Of a stretch of DNA of 15,837 nt, positions 9,571 to 15,837 are shown in pieces. The DNA lies in NCBI RefSeq assembly GCF_006345805.1, contig NW_021825219.1:1-15837 (forward strand). Direction: 5' to 3'. The notes below the pieces were generated by a model. That model saw nothing but the letters and a program-made list of their open reading frames with translations. It searched no databases and was not told where the DNA came from. Each line of letters begins with the position of its first letter. Position 1 is the first letter of the stretch. Origin of the DNA: Octopus sinensis (lineage: Eukaryota). The position numbers were made by a program, and so were the translations under genes.

Positions 9571-10004
9571 GCTATATGGCTATATAGATAAGTGGGCATA
9601 TGGATTTATGAATTGTAAAATAGGACACATGGGAGGTATATATTTAAAAAAGAAAAAAAAAAATCAAAAGATAACGATACGGATTATTTTCAATCAACGT
9701 TAATCTCCTGGAGATTACACAGTCATGTGTGTGTGTGTGTGGACTTTTCTCTGTCCTTATGTATGTATGTATATATATATATATATAGGTATATATGTAT
9801 ATACGCACACGCTATACACACACAAACATATAAAATATCTATACATCTATACATGTTGGTACATTTAATTAACTGACAAATATAAAACCAGCTGTCTTCA
9901 CTGCCATTTTGTGTCCAGTGTATTAACATACGGTTCGCACTATCTTCAGTAAATACATTTTTCTGATACAATTCACCGATCTACTCTTTCTCCACCCCCT
10001 CCCC

Positions 10005-10112
<108 letters not shown>

Positions 10113-10130
10113 GTGGCGAGCTGGCTGAAA

Positions 10131-10360
10131 GGCGGCGAGCTGGCAGACACGTTAGTGCGCCGGGCGAAATGCTTAGCGGTATTTCGTCTGTCGTTATATT
10201 CTTAGTTCAAAATCCGCCGAGGTCAACTTTGCCTTTCATCCTTTCGGGGTCGATAAATAAAGTACCAGTTTCGCACTGGGGGCGATATAATCGACTTAAT
10301 CCGTTTGTCTGTCCTTGTTTGTCCCCTCTATGTTTAGCCCCTTGTGGGCAGTAAAGAAAT
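10131..10360 (+). mobile_element. Full-length SINE family A copy (tail variant 2)
   Basis: Runs GGCGGCGAGCTGGCAGACACGTTAG...TAGTTCAAAATCC...core...CCCCTTGTGGGCAGTAAAGAAAT; near-identical to the 14.7-15.5 kb units. Confidence 0.9.
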
Positions 10361-10556
10361 CTATCTATCTATCTATATATATATCTGTCTATGTGTCTGT
10401 CTGTCTGTCTGTCTGTCTATCTGTTTGTCTGTCTGTATATTTATCTATCTATTTATCTATCTGTCTATCTATTTATCTATCTATCTGTCTGTCTGTCTAT
10501 CTATCTATTTAATCTCTGTCTATGAAAATGCATATGCATTATGTTTGTATGTATGC

Positions 10557-10587
<31 letters not shown>

Positions 10588-10645
10588 TGTATATGTGAGT
10601 GTGTATATATTAACACACACATGTTAATATTCATATATATATATA
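10361..10645. repeat. Compound (CTAT)n/(CTGT)n/(TATG)n/(TA)n microsatellite
   Basis: Directly visible. Confidence 0.9.
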
Positions 10646-10651
10646 ACTCTT

Positions 10652-10870
10652 TCATCTTTTACTGTTTCAGTCTCAAGCCTGCGACCATCCTGGAGCATCA
10701 CCTTGAATTTTCAGTCGAATGAATGAACTCCAATAATTCATTTTTAAGCCTAGTAATTCTATTTTGCCGAACTGCTAAGTTAGGGAGACGCAAACAAATA
10801 TAGTGACACACATACACACACACACTCACACACATACCCATACACACACATACACACACACATAAACAAA
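10652..10870 (-). mobile_element. 3' half of a SINE family B copy plus its (CA)n internal region
   Basis: TACTGTTTCAGTC...CCATCCTGGAGCATCACCTTGAA...TTTTGCCGAACTGCTAAGTTAGGGAGACGCAAACA is homologous to 421-552; no 5' head is found beyond the (CA)n. Confidence 0.75.
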
Positions 10871-10941
10871 GATATACACAAATAAAGAAGCCCGTGTTTA
10901 TATATATATATATATATAATATATATATATATATTATATAT

Positions 10942-11586
10942 ATTTATATATAGAGGGCATTATACATACATGCCAGAGGGCATTATACATACATGCCACA
11001 CGCTAAGAGGGACAATTAGTCATTTCTACCAAAAATATTACTAATCCCACCGAATGCAATTTTTCAAAGTAAGACATTTAAAATATATAGACCTGTATCA
11101 CAGTGATTTCATACTTACGTATTCATCAGCAGGCTGGATGTATCATACTAAACGACCCTGCCTCGCTTAAGCCGATCAGCTAACTGATCAACATCAACGA
11201 AGCACATGGGAGTTTTTACATATATTACATCCGGTAAATGGCAGACTTTTACGAATTGCATTTCGGGAAAGGAAAAGTTTTTTCGGAATAAAAATTTAGC
11301 AATTAAGGACAACTACTTAGTAAGGAAAACTTAACAAGAAATTGTCAGGTAGATAGCGTGAAAACCTCATAAGAGAAAAAATTTCGAAAATTTCGAAAAT
11401 GATGAATACGTAAGTATGAAATCACTGTGATACAGGTCTATATTTTTTAAATGTCTTACTTTGAAAAATTGCATTCGGTGGGATTAGTAATATTTTTGGT
11501 AGAAATGACTAATTGTCCCTCTTAGCGTGTGGCATGTATGTATAATGCCCTCTGGCATGTATGTATAATGCCCTCTATATATAAAT
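10942..11586. repeat. 187-bp inverted repeat (arms 10942-11128 and 11400-11586), 271-bp spacer
   Basis: Base-by-base comparison gives 186/187 complementary, with one mismatch at 11084/11444. Each arm contains an exact 23-bp tandem duplication AGAGGGCATTATACATACATGCC (10952-10997). The left arm starts inside the (TA)n at 10898-10951. Confidence 0.95.
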
Positions 11587-11708
11587 TAATATGTTCAATA
11601 AGAAATAATTATTTTCGAAATTTTTTCTCATTATGAGGTTTTAACGCTATCTACCTGACAATTTTTCTTGTTTGAAGTTTTTCCTTACTAATATTGTCCT
11701 AATTGCTA
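11297..11708. repeat. ~95-bp imperfect inverted repeat (arms 11297-11391 and 11611-11708), interleaved with the 187-bp one
   Basis: Manual alignment gives 91/101 columns identical, 9 gap columns and 1 substitution. A 9-bp tandem duplication TTTCGAAAA (11382-11399) lies at the junction to arm A'. Confidence 0.9.
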
Positions 11709-11800
11709 TATTTATATATAGATATATGACTGTCTATCTAATGCCCTGAAACGAATGTAATTTTTAAAGATACACACCTACCATACTAAGTGCATTGCTA

Positions 11801-11875
11801 TACATACATACATACATACATACATACATACATACATACATACATACATACATACATACATACATACATACATAC
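11801..11875. repeat. Perfect (TACA)n microsatellite
   Basis: Directly visible. Confidence 0.97.
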
Positions 11876-12000
11876 GGGCCCTGGGATATGTCACCCATTT
11901 AAAGACGAAGTGGATAGAAGAATCCGTAGCGCATCAAGTAAATAGCGATGTGTAGTAATTTGTTGCTTCGTTATACCTTCTGGAAAAAATAAAAACAAAA

Positions 12001-12050
12001 AAATCCGCCAGGTCGGCTTTGCTTCTCATCGCTTTTGATAAAAGTAAAAT
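12001..12050 (+). mobile_element. Degenerate core remnant of SINE family A
   Basis: AAATCCGCCAGGTCGGCTTTGCTTCTCATC...GATAAAAGTA versus the family core AAATTCCGCCGAGGTCGACTTTGCCTTTCATC...GATAAATTAAGTA. Confidence 0.6.
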
Positions 12051-12099
12051 TAAAAATCGTTTTTTACACTTATGTTGTTACAACTTGATATGGCATAAG

Positions 12100-12324
12100 G
12101 GCGGCGAGCTAGCAGAATCGGGCGAAATGCTTAGAGGCATTTCGGCTGTCGTTACGTTGTGAGTTCAAATTCCACCGAGGTCGACTTTGCCTTTCATCCT
12201 TTTGGGGTCGATTAAATAAGTACCAGTTACTCACTGGAGTCGATGTAATCGACTAAATCCGTTTGTCTCTCCTTGTTTGTCCCCTCTATGTTTACCCCCC
12301 CCCCCTGTGAGCAATAAAGAAATA
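12100..12324 (+). mobile_element. SINE family A copy (tail variant 2) with a ~10-bp deletion after the A box
   Basis: Reads GGCGGCGAGCTAGCAGAATCG^GGCGAAATG; B box GAGTTCAAATTCC; conserved core; ends GCAATAAAGAAATA. Confidence 0.9.
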
Positions 12325-12382
12325 AACTGGTATGGCATAACGGGGCAGAATGCTGCACAAAATACCTTGTCATACGTTACAG

Positions 12383-12662
12383 CTCTCTCTATGTTTCTCT
12401 TCCTTCTTCTTCTTCTTCTCTTCTTCTTCTTCTTCTTCTTCTTCTTCTTCTCTCTCTCTGATCTTCTCTCTCCCTTCTTTCTTTCTCCCTCCTTCTCTCT
12501 TTCTCTCCTTAGATTCATCTCTCTCCCCGCCCTCTCTCTCCTCCCTTTATCTCTCATTCTCTCTTCATTTCTCTCTTTCTCTCTCTCTCTCTCTCTCATT
12601 CTCTTCCTCACTTTCTCTCCTCTCTCTCTCTCTCTCTCTCACTCTCTCTCTCTTTCTCTCTC
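12383..12662. repeat. Polypyrimidine tract (CTT)n/(CT)n, about 280 bp
   Basis: Directly visible; source of the RE/K-rich and LS-rich ORFs at 12231-12741. Confidence 0.95.
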
Positions 12663-12667
12663 TGCAG

Positions 12668-12725
12668 GCTGTACACTTGCTTTTTTAACACAGTTGCTTT
12701 TGAACGCAGTCTCGTGTTTCGCAAG
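12668..12725 (+). CDS. Candidate 58-nt internal exon, two frames open (LYTCFFNTVAFERSLVFRK or CTLAFLTQLLLNAVSCFA)
   Basis: Acceptor CTCTGCAG|G directly after the long polypyrimidine tract, and donor AAG|GTATCT at 12723-12731. No recognised homology. Confidence 0.3.
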
Positions 12726-12784
12726 GTATCTTCCAGTGTAGTCCTGGTACTCTGGTTTCAGGGAAATCACCTGTATAGTCACAC

Positions 12785-12819
<35 letters not shown>

Positions 12820-12874
12820 ACACATACACACACACACACACATACATACACACATATATATACATGTATATATG

Positions 12875-13080
12875 TAATGCTCACACACAATTGTTGTGAT
12901 TTGTGTTAAAAACTGTTCATTCCACCTTCCTGCATCACACACACACATACACATGACCACACAGTTACACACACATACACACACACACATGTAGAAGTAT
13001 AATGCACAAACACAATTGTTGTGATTTGTATTAAAAACTGTTCATTCCACCTTCCTGCATCACACACACACACATACACA
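12875..13080 (+). repeat. ~125-bp-period tandem duplication embedded in (CA)n
   Basis: 12885-12947 and 13010-13072 are identical except G12905/A13030 (core CAATTGTTGTGATTTGT.TTAAAAACTGTTCATTCCACCTTCCTGCAT). Confidence 0.9.
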
Positions 13081-13110
13081 CGGGCACACACACGGGTACT
13101 CACACGCGCA

Positions 13111-13147
<37 letters not shown>

Positions 13148-13156
13148 TCAATATAG

Positions 13157-13191
13157 GGTGGCAAAAAATTTTGTAGAATTTTTTTGCCACC
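13157..13191. other. Short hairpin: 12-bp perfect stem GGTGGCAAAAAA / TTTTTTGCCACC, 11-nt loop
   Basis: Arms 13157-13168 and 13180-13191. Confidence 0.8.
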
Positions 13192-13243
13192 AGCGGCCTA
13201 GTGGGAAAAAATTAAATAGTCATAGACCATTTTTAAGTTCAAC

Positions 13244-13663
13244 ATCACAATCAAGGAACGGCCATAATAGGCCATTCACCCACTAGAAATAACAGCCAAA
13301 GCTTCAACCGGAATCGGCGGCTTATATTTATTTGCTGCCGATAAATTTGGCGCGAGTGCGATGATTTGAAAATTTTAGGTCAGATATTGCCGAGGCAGGG
13401 TCGGAAATGCCTCGTGAAAATATCTGTTCCGACTTGGCTATTTCTTACTGATGATTCTAAGGGCCTATGGAATATTGGCTTGATTTAATTTAATCAGGTT
13501 AGTTTACCATTAAACAGTAGATGAAACGGTGCACCGTATAAGAAATTACAGGGTAAATGTTTTTTAATTTTCTCCTGGTTTACGGAATTGATGTTTATTT
13601 GCGGTTGAAGCTTTGGCTGTTATTTCTAGTGGGTGAATGGCCTATTATGGCCGTTCCTTGATT

Positions 13664-13668
<5 letters not shown>
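13244..13668. repeat. Perfect 67-bp inverted repeat (arms 13244-13310 and 13602-13668), 291-bp spacer
   Basis: ATCACAATCAAGGAACGGCCATAATAGGCCATTCACCCACTAGAAATAACAGCCAAAGCTTCAACCG and its exact reverse complement; the right arm runs directly into (TA)n. Confidence 0.95.
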
Positions 13669-13741
<73 letters not shown>

Positions 13742-13757
13742 ATAATATATATATATA
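13667..13757. repeat. Imperfect (TA)n microsatellite
   Basis: Directly visible. Confidence 0.95.
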
Positions 13758-14003
13758 CCTACAGTTGAGTGTGTGTATGCATTTGTGTCAATATACGTAA
13801 AGTTCGTTGCCCTTTATGACTTTTACAGCGGTCTAGCATGCTTTTCATAAGCATACATACATGCACACACTTCTATATGGACGTACATCTATGTACGATG
13901 CAAGTAATGTTTTTCTCTCTGTCTTTCTCAAAACAACTTTAAAAAAATAGTTAGGCTGTCGAGACAAGCAAGAAGAAGCACCAATGATAAATTCCCACTG
14001 ACA

Positions 14004-14004
<1 letters not shown>

Positions 14005-14060
<56 letters not shown>
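14005..14060. repeat. Perfect (CA)n microsatellite
   Basis: Directly visible. Confidence 0.97.
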
Positions 14061-14061
<1 letters not shown>

Positions 14062-14751
14062 TAGATGAGTTAAGGTTATACGGATAGATATATAACTATC
14101 AATCATTCACCAAACGATCAAGTTGTAGTAATATGTCTGCCAAGCACGTTCCCCAAATTTGTCACTAACTTTGCTTAAAGTATATGGTTTCAGAGCAAGA
14201 GGGAAAAAAGGAAAAAAAAGATTTAGTAGATACGAAAGCAAACTACACGGAAAAGCAACATATATATCTGCATAATTCTTCCAGTGTCAAGAATTCCCAA
14301 CAAATCGACAGTGAAAATATTTTACACGAATATTGAGCAATACTTACTAAAAAAGGAATAAATTTATGTTAAAAAATAATAATTTTTTATTCGTGAATTT
14401 AAGTAGTGGGGTGTGGTCTTGGTTATGTTATAAATATGTCGTCACTTATGACAGAAGCAAAAAGATTTTCAGATTTAGAATTTGAATAAAATGCTATGTT
14501 GATTAATATACAGGGCGTAGTTTTTTGGAATGAGCTTCCATTATAAGGGTGATGACCGATTCTGATTTGAACGTAGACAATTTGTGTTTGCTATGCAACA
14601 GTTTATTCAGTATCAATCTACAAGTGCACAGATGATGACTTTGTTGACTTTGCTTTTCATCGCTTTTGATAAAGGTAAAATTAGAAATGGTTTCGCTCAG
14701 GATAAATGCATGATTTTACACTTATGTCGTTACAAATTGGTATAGCATCAG

Positions 14752-15662
14752 GGCGGCGTGCTGGCAGAAACGTTAGCACGCCGGGCGAAATGCTTAGCGG
14801 TATTTTGTCTGCGTTACGTTGTGAGTTCGAATTCTGCCGAGGTCGACTTTGCCTTTCATCCTTTCGGGGTCGATAAATTAAGTACCAGTTACGCACTGGG
14901 GTCGATGTAATCGACTTAATACCTATGTCTGTCCTTGTTCGTTCCCCCTATGTTTAGCCCCTTGTGGGTAATAAAGAAATAGGTATTTTGTCTGCCGTTA
15001 CGTTGTGAGTTCAAATTCCGCCGAGGTTGACTTTGCCTTTCATCCTTTCGGGGTCGATAAATCAAGTACCAGTTCCGCACTGGGGTCGATGTAATCGACT
15101 TAATACCTATGTCTGTCCTCGTTCGTTCCCCCTATGTTTAGCCCCTTGTGGGTAATAAAAAAATAGGTATTTTGTCTGTCGTTACGTTCTGAGTTCAAAT
15201 TCCGCCGAGGTCGACTTTGCCTTTCATCCTTTCGCGGTCGATTAAATAAGTAATAGTTACGCACTGGAGTCGATATAATCAACTTAATCCGTTTGTCTGT
15301 CCTTGTTTGTCCCCTCTGTGTTTAGCCCCTTGTGGATAGTAAAGAAATAGGTATTTCGTCTGCCGTTACGTTCTGAGTTCAAATTCCGCCGAGGTCGACT
15401 TTGCCTTTCATCCTTTCGCGGTCGATAAATTAAGTACCAGTTACGCACTGGGGTCGATATAATCAACTTAATCCGTTTGTTTGTCCTTGTTTGTCCCCTC
15501 TGCGTGTAGCCCCTTGTGGGTAGTAAAGAAATAGGTAATTTCGTTTGCCATTTATCCTTTTGAGGTCGATTAAATAAGTACCAGTTACGTACTGGAGTCG
15601 ATGTAATCTACCTAATCCCTTTGTCTCTCCTTGTTTAGCCCCCTGTGGGCAATAAAAAAAGT
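14752..15662 (+). mobile_element. Head-to-tail array of SINE family A: one full unit plus four 5'-truncated units
   Basis: Unit 1 is 14752-14981. Truncated units start at the same internal GGTA(T/A)TT motif at 14982, 15166, 15350 and 15534 (period 184). Unit 5 has an internal deletion removing the B box. Confidence 0.95.
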
Positions 15663-15683
15663 AAATATATTTATCTATTATTT

Positions 15684-15837
15684 TTTTTACTTGTTCCAGT
15701 CATCAGATAACGGTGATGCTGGGGCACCGCCTTGAAGAATTTTTAGTCGAAGGAATCGATCCCAGTACTTTTGTTTTTAAAGCCTGGTATTGATTCTATC
15801 GATCTCTTTTATTTCGAATCGCTAACTTAAGAGGATG
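15684..15837 (-). mobile_element. 3' end of a SINE family B copy, running off the window edge
   Basis: TACTTGTTCCAGTCAT...ATGCTGGGGCACCGCCTTGAAGAATTTT...AAGCCTGGTATTGATTCTATCGATCTC is homologous to 420-515 and 10660-10760. Confidence 0.8.

Noticed and set aside
10884-10895. AAAGAAGCCCGT, possibly an inverted scrap of the SINE-B 5' half next to (TA)n
   Set aside because: Only 12 bp and dependent on a remembered consensus; the in-window copy (781-800) is too diverged to confirm.
14602-14674. GPCR TM3-like reading KFIQY...TLLFIAFDK
   Set aside because: No conserved Cys or DRY, and the second half is SINE-A core sequence (GTTGACTTTGCTTTTCATC versus GTCGACTTTGCCTTTCATC), so the resemblance is likely coincidental.
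14982-15662. Regularly spaced repeats suggestive of a CRISPR or other repeat-spacer array
   Set aside because: Units are contiguous 184-bp near-identical SINE bodies with no unique spacers, and the context is eukaryotic with no cas genes.

Overview
AT-rich, microsatellite-saturated eukaryotic non-coding DNA, most likely intronic or intergenic. The SINE families present match my recollection of octopus (coleoid cephalopod) repeats; no database search was run. I cannot support any complete protein-coding gene. Most supplied ORFs are translations of microsatellites or of a SINE core read antisense (the recurring RPRKDERQSRPR peptide), and none has a recognisable protein domain. The window holds: (1) tRNA-derived SINE family A, as four dispersed copies, one tail fragment, one degenerate core remnant and a 5-unit head-to-tail array with a 184-bp period at 14752-15662; (2) CORE-like SINE family B, as one full minus-strand copy and two 3' fragments; (3) a 5S rRNA-derived head fused to the family-B 3' tail at 9386-9570, a candidate SINE3-type element; (4) an interlocked pair of inverted repeats (A-B-A'-B') at 10942-11708 and a perfect 67-bp inverted repeat at 13244-13668, both with one arm abutting a (TA)n tract; (5) a ~890-bp (TCAC)n array that appears to have expanded inside a SINE; (6) many simple repeats and a few speculative + strand exons. 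There is no CRISPR array or prokaryote-type system. Some inverted-repeat structure could be an assembly artefact.
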